The position numbers and the translations under genes are program-made. A stretch of 64,000 bases of DNA from an uncultured bacterium (GTDB lineage Bacteria; Patescibacteriota; Minisyncoccia; Phycocordibacterales; PALSA-1337). Each line of letters begins with the position of its first letter. The stretch's first letter is position 1. This document shows positions 63,825 through 64,000 of this stretch, piece after piece. Location: NCBI GenBank assembly GCA_963851055.1, contig CAWKMY010000005.1, forward strand, positions 12,716-76,715, read 5' to 3'. The notes beneath the pieces were generated by a model, which ran no database searches, was not told where the DNA came from, and worked only from the letters and a program-made list of their open reading frames with translations.

Positions 63825-64000
63825 TTTTTTGCCAAATTGGAAGACTTAGTGTAAAGAGTTGTAATCCCCAAAAAAGCTTGTACGCAAATCTATCGCATGT
63901 TAGAGTCTGCATAAGGCCTATCGCGTTTACGCGGTAGGGTCCCCAAATAGACTGAGTGGCTTTAGATTAGTTAGAAGCTCGGTAAATTTGGAAACCCTAT

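Overview
The window looks like a chromosomal segment of a small-genome, CPR/Patescibacteria-like bacterium. That assignment is an inference from the intron-bearing, unlinked 16S rRNA, a DUF5671 protein, and mostly SD-less or leaderless gene starts. Housekeeping genes: gatB, obg, secA, murB, rsmI, mraY, an mpl/murC-like ligase, murD, valS, radC, pyk, dinB, an rluB-family synthase, tRNA-Ile(GAU) and tRNA-Leu(CAG). A large surface-protein gene runs off the left edge and is missing from the ORF track. An AT-rich glycan locus at about 11.2-24 kb holds an O-antigen-ligase-like/TPR protein, a Wzx-like flippase, GT2, GT11 and other transferases, and three methyltransferases. It is followed by a YafQ/DinJ toxin-antitoxin pair and an interrupted VirD4/TraD-like ATPase. 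The minus-strand 16S gene (about 47.19-49.63 kb) is a stand-alone unit with promoter, processing stem and terminator. It carries an approximately 879-nt LAGLIDADG insertion in the decoding centre, a 98-nt heptamer-repeat hairpin in helix 40, and an atypical 3' tail. The right end (57.6-63.8 kb) is a defence-island-like region: DUF3800, an m5C methyltransferase with a PD-(D/E)xK nuclease, MazG, and a 2.07-kb cassette with an orphan DGQHR (DndB/DpdB-like) gene bracketed by 29-bp direct repeats. That cassette is my best candidate for an undescribed system. Several essential genes are split by single-base frameshifts, four of them (rsmI, mpl, valS second shift, zinc-ribbon ORF) at identifiable single-nucleotide runs. 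I read these as probable assembly errors rather than pseudogenes.
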